Source: an uncultured bacterium
GTDB lineage: Bacteria > Verrucomicrobiota > Verrucomicrobiia > Limisphaerales > UBA8199
Direction: 5' to 3'
Length of the DNA stretch: 64,000 nucleotides
NCBI GenBank assembly: GCA_963749495.1
Contig: CAVVMW010000004.1
Location: 384,001-448,000, forward strand
Both the position numbers and the translations under genes were made by a program. The notes under the pieces were generated by a model that saw nothing but the letters and a program-made list of their open reading frames with translations, did no database searches and was not told the DNA's origin. Below are positions 51,626-62,300 of this stretch, piece after piece. Positions within the stretch are counted from its first letter, which is position 1; every line of letters starts with the position of its first letter.

Positions 51626-53619
51626 CCCCAGTTTACGAGTTATTTCAAGGGTGCCTCGGAATTGGTTGTCAACCAGCAGGTTACAACCTGGCCCCTCTAT
51701 GCCCTAAAACGGCGATTTGGGGGCTCTCAGTTCGAGTATCTCCATCAGCTTTGCCTGGATTTCGTCCCGCTTGGTCAGCACCGGCTGCTCCGTGGCCGGT
51801 CGGCCTGCGCGGCGGGCTGGGTAAACATTGATCACCTCCTGAATCCGGCCCAACTTCTCCAGCAGACCGGCCATGGATAAGCGCACGCCCGCCTGCCGTG
51901 CGCGGCGCCACACCAGGGCTCGGAGCAGTACCCGCAATAGTCCAGATAGAGTCCATGGACTTGGATCTTGCTCTCGGTCCAGTGGTGCAGTGGCCACCAG
52001 GCGCCAATGTGCCGGTCCTTCATTTCGTGGAAAATCTCCTCGATGACAAATTGGCTCCGGTAAGCGCGAATTACCTGGGCGTCGGTCCATTCCTTATGAC
52101 CGGTGATGAGCAGCGTCTTGCCCAGATACGTATCGGCCAACTGTTGCTGCGCGGCTGGGTCCGCCACGTAAGCCAATTGGAGCACGCCCGCCGCCGTCCG
52201 CGAGACGGTGGTCTTGAGCAACTGGCCCAGATGCTGACGGTGAAGAATCTGGTCGCACTTGCGCTGGACCGATTCGACGCTCGGCAGGGTGCCTCCCTTA
52301 ATCGAGCCTGCGGCACGGTCTTGGAGGTTCTGCCGCACTTGGGCCAACTGGCTCAGCGCGCGGGCCAGGTCGTTTTGCACCGTCGCCCATTGGCTGGCAA
52401 AGAGGTGCTCGTTGTAAGTGACCACCACCGTGCGCTCCTTGCCATAGACCACCAGTTGGGTGTGCCAGCTTTTGGTGCCTTCCAGGCCCGGCTCGGTGGC
52501 GGCCTGCCAACGGGCGTCCTGGTTGGAAATCCGCATCAGGTCGGGATGCTCGTCCAACTTGACCGAACCGACGTAGGGCAGTCCGAGTTGGTCAATCAAG
52601 CCGAAGTTGTCCTCGGAGTTGTTGCCCTTATCGAAGATGAGCGTCGGTTTGACCGTGGCCCAGGTCGAACCGGCCCGCTCCACCAGCCAGCGCTGAAACC
52701 TCGCCAGCACTTGCGGGAACTCCTTGGCGTCGTTGCGGTTGCCCTCATAGACCTCGTAAAAGAGCGGCAACTGCCCGTCGGTGGAGCAGAACAGGGCATA
52801 GCTGACTTGCCGCAGATTGCACCGGCCCTGCTTGTTCTTGCCGCGTTTGGCGACTTGGCACTTGAGGTTGAAGGTGTCGATGAAGGTGTAGAAGTTGGTG
52901 CCGTCATAACAAATCTGCGAGAGCGGGATTTGCTCCCGCTGCAGGACGCCGCCGATGAGTTGCTGCCAGATGGCCTGGGCGGTGAGCGGCTCGATGCGGT
53001 CCATGTGATCCCAGAAGCGCTGGGAGGTCAATTGCGCCGCCGACGCCTCGGGCCATAAACGCGCCAGGCAGGTGCGGCCAAGCCAATCCCACATCGCCTG
53101 CTTGCTGACCGGGTCGTAGGCACGGTTGATGGCCGCCAGGCGGATGTAGTCGCCGGTGCTCAGTCCCTGGTCGCGCTTGGGGCATAGTTGATCGACCAGT
53201 TCGGCGACCCGGGCACGGCGCGTTTCCTGCCAGAGGGCCAGCGGCAGGGCCCAGTCGAGCACCTGGGCGTATTGGGGAGGGGGGCCGGTGCCCGCAACGG
53301 CTTGCGCGATATCCTCGGCTTTGCCGAGGTATCTTTGGGAGAGGCGGCGGCATTTGCCGTTTTTCCAACCCCAGAGGGAGAGATAGTAGTAGGTGTGGCC
53401 ATGAATGTTTTTGGCTTCGAGGCGATGCATAGCGCGCCGGACATGCGACGCGCATATTCAGGGCATAGTTACAGAAGATTGTCAAGCATAATATCTCATT
53501 TCATAGGGAAATATTGACGGTATCTGGGCTTGTGTTTTAGGGCATAGTGAGGAGGACGCGCAAACATTTGGGTCAGAAGGCCTTACACAGAATGGGCTAT
53601 GCTAACTCGTAAACTGGGG
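51626..53619 (-). mobile_element. IS1634-family insertion sequence
   Basis: Perfect 17-bp IR CCCCAGTTTACGAGTTA; CTAG on both flanks (51622-51625 and 53620-53623). Confidence 0.9.
51704..53430 (-). CDS. IS1634-family transposase; frameshift near 51935-51945
   Basis: YDGTNFYT, RG.NK, GN.ND, IFDKGNNS, Y.SQ..IE..F..MK, H.T..KI.VH. Confidence 0.88.
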
Positions 53620-53679
53620 CTAGGCTCTGCCGGCCCTTTGGGCCGGAGCCTACGAGTGATAGTCTTGGCTCAGGATCCT

Positions 53680-53861
53680 GTCCCGGAGGGACACCGAGAG
53701 AATAGCCCGGCGCTTCAGCGCCGGGTTGGACGTCCAGAGAAGCCTGCGTCCCGAAGGGACGCCTGAGGCTCATTCAGCCGTCCCTTCGGGACGAGCTCCC
53801 GATTAAACCGGCGTTCCCGGCGCTGAAGCGCCGGGCTATTATCGGGCAGTCCCTTCGGGAC
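53680..53861. repeat. GTCCCGGAGGGAC-type REPIN
   Basis: AATAGCCCGGCG...CGCCGGG and GTCCCGAAGGGAC hairpins in inverted arrangement; same family as 36878-37066. Confidence 0.85.
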
Positions 53862-54405
53862 AAAAGCAAACTCATATCTTGCCGCCCCTTCGGGGCAGGA
53901 GAGTGCCGCGCTCCGCGCGGTGAAGTGGAATCGGGGACGGCGTCGGGACGCGCCCCCATGCATCTGCGCCTGCAACCAGAAGCCGGAGGCCGGAGGCCAG
54001 AGGCCGGAGGAGTGTCGGGACGCGCCCCCCTGCGCCTGCGCCGGCAACTCCTCCTTGCCCTGCCCCATTGCCCTGCCCCGTCGCCCTGCCCCGTCGCCCT
54101 CGGAATCCGGAGAGCTGGCGGCGCAGGTGCCGGGGGCGTGCTCCTTGGCCGACCGGGAACCGGACACACGGTTGTCTCAAAGCAGGATTCCATATTTTTG
54201 GACACAAACGGCTGAATTGACCTTTTGGCCGCCGTCTCCATCCGCGGAAATGAGGACCCGGCTTATCCATCAATGTCCGTGGTGTAAGAGGCTCACCTGC
54301 TGAGGGTTACACGAATTCATGGAGGGCTCCAGTCCAGGTTTCTCACGCTGAACACCCCGCGCGAACGTGCTGGCTTGCAATGGCCTGGCTCGGCTTGGCC
54401 CGCCA

Positions 54406-54421
54406 CGGCACAGAGATTGCT
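54406..54421 (+). promoter_or_regulatory. Candidate sigma54 promoter
   Basis: CGGCACAGAGATTGCT fits YGGCAC-N5-TTGCW with GG-N10-GC spacing, about 100 bp upstream of the ATG. Confidence 0.6.
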
Positions 54422-54516
54422 CCGCAGAAGCAGCGTCGTTCGATAATGAAGTTTGGCACTGCGAAGAGTTTGTTGCAGCCGCGGTTTAATAAACCGAGCG
54501 GGCAGTCAGAAAACGT

Positions 54517-57500
54517 ATGGACAAAAGCATGAAAAAGATCCTGTTATCCGTTCTGACAATGGGCGCGCTGGTGACGCGCCTCGAGGCTCAAGAGGTCAGC
54601 ACTGTGGTCGGCGGTGTTTTCGAGCCCACTGTGGTCAGTAATGTTTTCGAGCCCTATGGCGTGACGGCCAACCTCGTCGCCGATGCGTACTATTTCACGG
54701 ACAGTGTGAACAATCGCATTCTGAAATACGACAACGCCACAGCCACATTGTCGGTAGTTGTGGATGGCACGGCCGCCTCGGGCCAACTGTCCAACCCCTC
54801 GGGCATTGTCTTTGAGCAAGGTTCGGGCGCCGCCCGATTGATTGTGGCGGACACCGGCAATAGCCTCATCCGTGCCGTGGACCCCAACAGCGGGGTGATC
54901 ACCGCGCTGGCGGGCAGTTCGCGGGGCAACCTGGATGGCGTGGGAACCAGTGCGCAGTTCAATTTTCCCGCGGGATTGGCCCTCGACCCGGCCAGTGGGA
55001 CCGTTTATGTTGCGGACGCGTTGAATGATGTGCTGCGGAGCATCAACAGCACAAACCGCGTAACCACCGTAGAGACAGGGTTTTACAAGCCGGCCGGAGT
55101 TGCGGTTGGCGATACCAGCACGGCGGTGGTGGGAGGAGTGACGCAAACGACCCAACAGATCTGGGTGGCCGACACCCTCAACCACGTTATTTGGCAACTG
55201 ACGGTGACTCGCAGCGGCTCGTCGGCGCCGACTTGGGCCGCCCAAATCGTCGCCGGACAATATCGCGTTCCAGGCAGCGCCGATTCCAGCGACGCTTTGA
55301 GCGCGACGTTTGATTCGCCGTGCGGCCTTCTTTGGCTCGGTGGACAAACCGGCCTGTTAATCGCGGACACGCTGAACAATACGATCCGTCAGCTCTCATA
55401 TAATGCGAGACGCGGGTCCTACTCGGTTTCGACTCTCGCAGGCGCCGCCTGGCCCGCGCAACCCGCCTTGGCTGACGGACCCTTGAGCGCCTCCAGATTT
55501 GACTCGCCGGTCGGCTTAGCGCTGGACAACGAAGGAGCGATTCTGGTGGCGGATCTGAAGAACAATGCCCTGCGAAAAATCACCCGCGCGGCGTTGCCCG
55601 CCCCCACGGTGACGGCGGGGGGCACAGCCACCACCGGCGGCAGTTTCAGCAACGCGGTGACGGTTGTCTTTGTCAACGCCACTGCCGGCGCCACGTTCCA
55701 CTTTACGACCGACGGTTCGGCCCCCAATGCGCTCTCGCCGAGCGCCAACTCGATTACCCTCAGCGGCGCTCCGGGGAACGCGGTGGCGCTCCAATACAAG
55801 GCCTATTCGCCCGACTTCGGCGCCAGCAGCATCATTTCCAACTACTTTTCCTTCTTCGTTGCCGATCCCATAGTCTCGCCTGCTGCCGCAACCAGTGACA
55901 ATGCCGTGACCTTCACCCTTACTGAGGCCACGGCGGGCGCGCTGCTGTATTGGACCATCAACGGGACGGAACCGACCGCCACCAGTTCGCCGGTGACGAT
56001 GATCAATGGTTCCGGAACGCTGGTGATCACCCAAAACGGAACGCTCAACGTCAAGGCCTTCAGGGACGGGTTCGCCGCCAGCCAGACCATCAGCGTCCCG
56101 GTCAGCCTCACTTGCGGCGCGCCGGTCATCACGCCGCCGGGCTTCACAGGAAACAACAGTGTGAATGTCACGATGACCACGACGACCACCAACGCGGCCA
56201 TTTACTGGACCATTGATGGGAGCGAACCGACTGCCAGCAGCACACGTTATTCGGGGCCCTTCACGCTGAGCGCCAATGGCACCCTCCAAGCCAAAGCGTT
56301 CAGAAACGGGTTCGTCAACAGTCCGACCACGGTCCAGAGCTTCAATCTGGTGGTGGCTGACCCTCTCATTAGCCCGAACGGAGCAACCAATTTCAACCCG
56401 GTGAAGGTGAGCTTCTCGGACGCGACCACCAACGCGGTGCTTTATTGGACCATCGATGGAAGCGATCCCGATTCGAGCAGCGCATCGGTGCCCATGGCCA
56501 ATGGCAGCGGCTCGATCCTCCTGGCCCAAAACGGCGCCCTCAAGGTCAGGGCCTTCCGGAACGGGTTCGCCGTCAGCCAAGTCATCAGCGCGAGCTTCAA
56601 CTTGTCGGTCGCTCCGCTGGTGGTGACGCCGGTCGGCGCACTGGACATCGATTCGGTCACCGTCAGCCTCAGTTCGGCGACAGTCGGGGCGGCGTTGCGC
56701 TACACGCTGGACGGTTCGGCCGTCACTCCCGCCAGTCCGCTCTATGCCGGGCCGCTCAGCATCGTCACCAACACGGTTCTGACCGCCGCCGGCTCCTTGA
56801 GCGGGTTTGTCGACAGTCCAACCGTGGTGAACAATTACCAAATCCAGGTGGACACGCCGTCGATGAACCCCCAGAGCGGCTATTTCCCCAGCGGCAGCCA
56901 GGTCACCTTCAGCGTCCTTCGCCCTGATGCGGTGATCTATTGGACCACCACCGGCCAGGACCCCACCATGAGTGATACCGTCTATACCGGGCCCATTTCG
57001 ATAGATCAGGTGAACTTCCCAACCAAGGACTTGCGCATCCTCAAAGCCCGGGCTTTCGCCCCCAATACCCTGCCCAGCGCTGTGGTGGCCGGCCAGAGCT
57101 TTTCCACCAACGTGGTCGGCGTTCCTCGCGATTTTGTTGGCGGCGTCGGCGCGAGCCTCGTCATGCCGGTGGTCGTGAACCTGACGACCAATCAGATCTT
57201 GCGTTCTCTGCAGTTCCGCCTCGAAATCGCGCCCCTGTCCGCCTCGGCTCCTCCGCTGCCCAGCCACATGACCCCTCTGAATATTTCCACCAACGATTTT
57301 GTGCCGCTGGTGGGCAATTCCGGCGTGTTCCAGTATTCGACTTACCAAATCGGCCCCACCAGCGGTGTGGTTTACGCCGCGCTCGATAGCGAAACTACGC
57401 CCATCCAGAACTTCGGAGTAGTCCTTAATATGCTGGTGCCGGTGCCGGCCAACGCGCACCCAGGCGATACCTACAACGTCTCGGTCTCCCAGGTTTCCGG

Positions 57501-58764
57501 AACCTCCGACGGCGCCCAGAATGTCGTGCCGCTTTCCCCTTTGCCCAACCGCACCCTCACCATCAGCAACCTGGCCTACCTGGTCGGCGACTCTGCGTTG
57601 GGCCGGTGGTATAATGCCGGTGACTTCGGCGATGGCAACCTGGACAACGCCAACGTCAACAACGCCTTTCTGGCCTCGGAGGGCATCCATGTTCCACCCG
57701 CGGGGACCAACGTCTATAACGCGATGGATGCTTATCCGCCGGATGGCCCCGGCTTCGTGGGCGGAGATGGGCAAATCCGTTTCCTGGATTGGAACACGAT
57801 TCTCAAGCGGTCCTTGCGCCTGGATAGCCAGAACTGGATGCGCGCGCACACCACCGGCGGCATGTTGACCAATTGGTCCACTTCGCTCGACCCCAGCGGC
57901 CTCGCCCGGCCCAAGACCGAGACGGCCTTGCCACCGGGCCAGGTTTGGCTGCGCCAGGCTCAAATCCGAGGAGTACCCGTGGCCAACGCGGTCCCCGGGG
58001 CCCTCTGCCAGGTCCCCGTCTGGGTGAACGTCCTGCCCGGCTACAGTCTGGCCGGTCTCCAATTCCGCGCCTCGCTGGTGCCGGAGAACGGCGCGCCGCC
58101 GGTCACACAGCCTTTGAGCTTCCTGCCCGCATTGGCCGCTTCACCAAAGCTGGTCACTTACCTGAATGACGTGCTCTGCGCCTGGCCGATTCCCTCCGGA
58201 ATCACTCCTTTGCTCGCAGGCAGCAATTTCCTCGGTTACGTTCAGTGCCCCATTCCGCCCAATGCGCTCCAGGGCCAGTCCTATGCCCTCCAGTTCTCCT
58301 ATTGCGACGGCGCACCCGACATGCTCACACAATACGATTTGGAGAGCTTCCAAGCGCTCGTCTGGGTGGCCTCGACGCCCCGGACGCAGCCCTCCTTGAC
58401 TTCGGACGAGTGGAAGATCCATTTCTTCGGCAGCACCGACGCCGTGCAAGCCGCCGATGCCGCGGATCCCGACGGTGACGGTGTGCCGAATTGGCAGGAA
58501 TACCTGGCCGGCACCGACCCGACTAACCGCCAGTCGGTCCTGCAACTAACCACTTCTGTGGCCAGCAATTCTAAGGGCATCAATGGAGTTAACCTGGGAT
58601 GGCTCTCGGCTCCCGGCAAGTCTTACGTCGTAGAAGCCTGCCCAACACTGAATGGAACCTGGTCGCCCGTAACCACCCTCTCCGGCGACGGCAACCCGCA
58701 GCTCATTACGGTGACCAACAAGGCCGGACAGCATCAATTCTATCGCCTCCGCCTGCAATATTGA
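54517..58764 (+). CDS. Large secreted surface protein: NHL propeller, about 6 chitobiase/Fn3-associated repeats, cohesin/dockerin-like region, C-terminal FYRL domain
   Basis: Signal peptide; YVAD..N..IR and F..P.GLA NHL repeats; IYWT.DGS.P repeats; D.DGDG..N.QEYLAGTDP. Confidence 0.85.
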   Translation: MDKSMKKILLSVLTMGALVTRLEAQEVSTVVGGVFEPTVVSNVFEPYGVTANLVADAYYFTDSVNNRILKYDNATATLSVVVDGTAASGQLSNPSGIVFEQGSGAARLIVADTGNSLIRAVDPNSGVITALAGSSRGNLDGVGTSAQFNFPAGLALDPASGTVYVADALNDVLRSINSTNRVTTVETGFYKPAGVAVGDTSTAVVGGVTQTTQQIWVADTLNHVIWQLTVTRSGSSAPTWAAQIVAGQYRVPGSADSSDALSATFDSPCGLLWLGGQTGLLIADTLNNTIRQLSYNARRGSYSVSTLAGAAWPAQPALADGPLSASRFDSPVGLALDNEGAILVADLKNNALRKITRAALPAPTVTAGGTATTGGSFSNAVTVVFVNATAGATFHFTTDGSAPNALSPSANSITLSGAPGNAVALQYKAYSPDFGASSIISNYFSFFVADPIVSPAAATSDNAVTFTLTEATAGALLYWTINGTEPTATSSPVTMINGSGTLVITQNGTLNVKAFRDGFAASQTISVPVSLTCGAPVITPPGFTGNNSVNVTMTTTTTNAAIYWTIDGSEPTASSTRYSGPFTLSANGTLQAKAFRNGFVNSPTTVQSFNLVVADPLISPNGATNFNPVKVSFSDATTNAVLYWTIDGSDPDSSSASVPMANGSGSILLAQNGALKVRAFRNGFAVSQVISASFNLSVAPLVVTPVGALDIDSVTVSLSSATVGAALRYTLDGSAVTPASPLYAGPLSIVTNTVLTAAGSLSGFVDSPTVVNNYQIQVDTPSMNPQSGYFPSGSQVTFSVLRPDAVIYWTTTGQDPTMSDTVYTGPISIDQVNFPTKDLRILKARAFAPNTLPSAVVAGQSFSTNVVGVPRDFVGGVGASLVMPVVVNLTTNQILRSLQFRLEIAPLSASAPPLPSHMTPLNISTNDFVPLVGNSGVFQYSTYQIGPTSGVVYAALDSETTPIQNFGVVLNMLVPVPANAHPGDTYNVSVSQVSGTSDGAQNVVPLSPLPNRTLTISNLAYLVGDSALGRWYNAGDFGDGNLDNANVNNAFLASEGIHVPPAGTNVYNAMDAYPPDGPGFVGGDGQIRFLDWNTILKRSLRLDSQNWMRAHTTGGMLTNWSTSLDPSGLARPKTETALPPGQVWLRQAQIRGVPVANAVPGALCQVPVWVNVLPGYSLAGLQFRASLVPENGAPPVTQPLSFLPALAASPKLVTYLNDVLCAWPIPSGITPLLAGSNFLGYVQCPIPPNALQGQSYALQFSYCDGAPDMLTQYDLESFQALVWVASTPRTQPSLTSDEWKIHFFGSTDAVQAADAADPDGDGVPNWQEYLAGTDPTNRQSVLQLTTSVASNSKGINGVNLGWLSAPGKSYVVEACPTLNGTWSPVTTLSGDGNPQLITVTNKAGQHQFYRLRLQY

Positions 58765-58855
58765 CGCGGCGAGACTGTCTCAGCGCCGCACTGGGACATG
58801 CCACCTCAATAACTCCCATCAGCGCTCACCCTCAGGGTGAGCGCGCCGATGCACC

Positions 58856-59126
58856 AGGGCCGAAGGCCCGCAATGTGAGGGCCTGGCCTGGAGCGAGCCC
58901 GACGAGCGGAGGCCCAGGTCAACCACCGTCGCGAACGGCCCCAGTCCTGTAAGGGCGTCACCTCTCATGTCCCAATCTCTGGCCAGCAGCGTTGTTCACA
59001 TCGTCTCCGGCTCCAAAAGCCATCTTCCGCCCCTACAGGGCGGAGGAAAGCTCTCCTTCGGCCCTTACCTGGGGCTGCGCGTTGCGCGCTTCACCCCAGG
59101 CTTTCACATTGCGGGCCTTCGGCCCT
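58856..59126. mobile_element. Non-autonomous REPIN/MITE containing a tnpA N-terminal remnant
   Basis: Perfect 23-bp IR AGGGCCGAAGGCCCGCAATGTGA; internal ATG at 58967 reads MSQSLASSVVHIVSGSKSH. Confidence 0.75.
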
Positions 59127-59377
59127 CTCGTATTCCTAGGCTATGACGCTGAGACCGGCAGTTGAGACCTCCAATCCCGCATAAACGACTCGTGGTACCG
59201 AGTTTCCAACTGCTCCGCGGTTCACCTTCTCGGTGAAAACTGCTTCTTAAATCATCTCTTACAAGACAATGCCTATCCCAATTTCCAGGTCTGCCAACTG
59301 CCGGTTTTAGGTTCAAGGCCGCGCAGGTGTCCGTGATTACTCGGCGTGTCCTGAACTGATTCCTTGGGAGTTCGACG

Positions 59378-62300
59378 TTAAGGCCAGCGCAGGCGGTAGA
59401 AACGGGCTGGGTAATTCGTCCACTGGGGATCGCTGAAATAAAGCGGGCTGCCGCTCAGGGTGTTGGTTTGCAGCGGAGACCAGGCGGCCCCGGCGAGGTT
59501 GGTGCTGGCTTCCACTACGACGACGAGGTTGCTGGTCCCAGTGATGTTGAACCCGAATTGGTTGGTCCGCAGGCCAAAGCTGGCACCGCGGGTCTGCACC
59601 TGCGGATTCCACAGCACCGTGGGATGACTGCCAAACGTCGGACCCCAGCCCGCGGTTCCTGGCAAGTAATAGATCCATCCCCCCCCGAACGCATCCCCTC
59701 CGAGGCTGGGGGCGTTACCCTCGAAATACATTGCGATGATGTTGATGCACCCCAGGAACGCACTGCCGCCGATGCTGGTCACGCCGTTGCCAATCGTGAC
59801 GTTGGCCAGGTTGGTGCAGGATTCGAACGCCCCGGCTCCGATGTTTGTGACGCTATTGGGAATCGTCACGCTGGTCAGGCTGCCGCAGCCCTGGAAGGCG
59901 CTGTCCCCGATGGCGCTGACGCCGTTGGGAATCGTGACGCTGGTCAGGCTGCCGCAGCCATCGAACGCACCGGCCTCGATGCTGGTGACGCTGTTGGGGA
60001 TCGTGTAGCCTCCCGCTTTGCGCTCCGGACACTCGATGAGCGTGGTCTGGTTCTTGTCGAACAAGACCCCATCTGCGCTGCTATAGCTGGGATTGAGGGC
60101 ATCCACGGTGATCGCCGCCAGGCTGGAGCAACCGGAAAACGGTTCGACCCCGATGCTGGTGACGCTCTCGGGGATCGTGACGGCGGCCAGACTGGCGCAG
60201 CCCTGGAACGCTTCGTTCCCGATGGCGGCGACGCCGTTGGCGATGGTGACGCTGGCGAGGCTGCCGCACCCCAGGAACGCATTGGTCCCAATGCGGGTAA
60301 CGCTGGCGGGGATCGTGACGCTGGCAAGGCTGCCGCAGCAGCCGAACGCCTGGTCTCCGATGCTGGTGACGCTGTTGGGAATGGTGACGTGGGTCAACCC
60401 GAGGCACCACCAAAACGCCGCGTCCGCGATGCTGGTGACGCTGTTGGGAATCGTGAGGCTCCTCAGGCTGGTGCAGCCAGAGAACGCATTGCCGATGTTG
60501 GTGAGGCTGTTGGGGATCGTGACACTGCGAAGGCTGGTGCATTGCTGGAAGGCCGCGTTTCCGAGGCGGGTGACGCTGTCGGGGATGGTGACGTTGGTGA
60601 GGCTCTCGCAGTCACAGAACGCCGCCAGCCCGATGCTGGTGACGCTGTCAGGTATCGTGACGCTGGTCAGGCTGCACCCCATGAACGCCTCGTCCCCGAT
60701 GTTGGTGACGCTGTTCGGGATCGTGACGCTCGCCACGTTGTGGCAGCCATAGAAGGCATTGGTCCCGATGCGGGTCACCGGCAGGCCAGTGACGGCGCCG
60801 GGGATGGTCACATCCCCGCCGGGACCGGTGTATCCGGTGATGGTGATCGCGCCGTCCTTGGTGCTGTAAGTGCAGCCTTGCACTGGGGGGCTCCATAGCA
60901 CGGCCGGACGACCGCCAAATGTGGAGCCCCAGCCAGTGGTCCCAGCCATGTAATAGACCGTCACATTGCCGCCACTGAACACATACGAACCACCAAGTTG
61001 GGGGGCATTACCCTGGAAATAGGCCGCCCTGAGGCCCTCGTCCTCAAAGGCGCTGTCGCCGATATAGGTGACGCTGTTGGGAATCGTGACGCTGGTCAGG
61101 CTGCAACCCATGAACGCGTCGTCCCCGATGTTGGTGACGCTGTTGCCGATTGTGGCGTTGGTCAGGCCGGAGCAGTCGTAGAACGCCCAGCCTCCGATGC
61201 TGGTGACGTTGTTGGGGATGGCAACGCTAGTCAGGCGCATGCAATCGGCGAAGGCACTCTCTCCGATGCTGGTGACGGCGCTGGGGATCGTAACGCCGGT
61301 CAGGCCGTAGCACTCCTCGAACGCACTCTCTCCGATGTTGGTGACGCTGGTAGGTATGGTGACGCTGGCCAGGCTGGAGCACTGAGAGAACGCCGCCGAC
61401 CCGATGCTGGTCACGCTGTTGGGTATTGTGTAGGAGGTTCCGGGTTTGCTCTGCGGATACAGAACGAGCGTGGTCCGGCCCTTGTCGAACAGGACCCCAT
61501 CCGCACTGCTATAACTGGAATTGAGGGCCTCCACGGTGATCGCTGTCAGGCCGGGGCAGTTTTTGAACGCACGCTCCCCGATGTTGGTGACGCTGCTGGG
61601 GATTGTGGCGCTGGTCAGGCTGGCACCGCCAGGAAACGCATAGTCCGCGATACCGGTGACCGGAAGACCGTTGATCACGTCAGGAATGGTCACCGCATCG
61701 CTGCGACCGATATATCCCGTGATGGTGATCGTGCCATTATTGGTCGTGTAGTTGAATGGAACCCATAACGGGGTCGGAAGACCGTCGAACGTCCCGCCCC
61801 AGCCTGTGGTCCCCGGCAGGAAATGGACGGTCGCGTTGGTGTCGCCGCTGAACACAGTCAAATCCGTGCTGGGGCTGGGGGCGTTACCCAGGAAATAGAC
61901 GTTGGTCAGGCTGGGACAGTCATAGAACGCGTAGTCTCCGATGCTGGTCACGCCGTTGCCGATGGTAACGCTGGCCAGGCTGTGACAGGACGAGAACGCA
62001 TCGGCACCGATGCTGGTGACGCCCTTGGCGATAGTGACGCCGGTTAGGCTGGAGCAATAACTGAACGCATCGGTTTCGATTGTGGTGGCGCCGTTGGGAA
62101 TCGTGTAATTTCCGGCTTTGCCCCCGGGATATTCGATGAGCACCGTCTGGCTCTTATCGAACAGGACCCCATCCACACTGCTATAGGCGGGATTGAGCGC
62201 ATCCACGGTGATCGCTGTCAGGCTGCTGCAGCCCAGGAAGGCCCCGTCCCCGATGCTGGTCACGCCGCTGCCTATGCTCACGCTGGTCAGGCTCCGGCAA

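Noticed and set aside
55516..58062. Long antisense or alternate-frame ORFs (also 2992-4758, 31910-33469, 41416-43908, 51898-53058, 59468-60898)
   Set aside because: Shadow ORFs expected in high-GC DNA; they overlap well-supported genes and lack recognisable motifs
59154..59305. Integron attC site or MITE from the imperfect IR ACCGGCAGTTG...CAACTGCCGGT
   Set aside because: No convincing RYYYAAC/GTTRRRY box arrangement, no integrase and only one copy in the window
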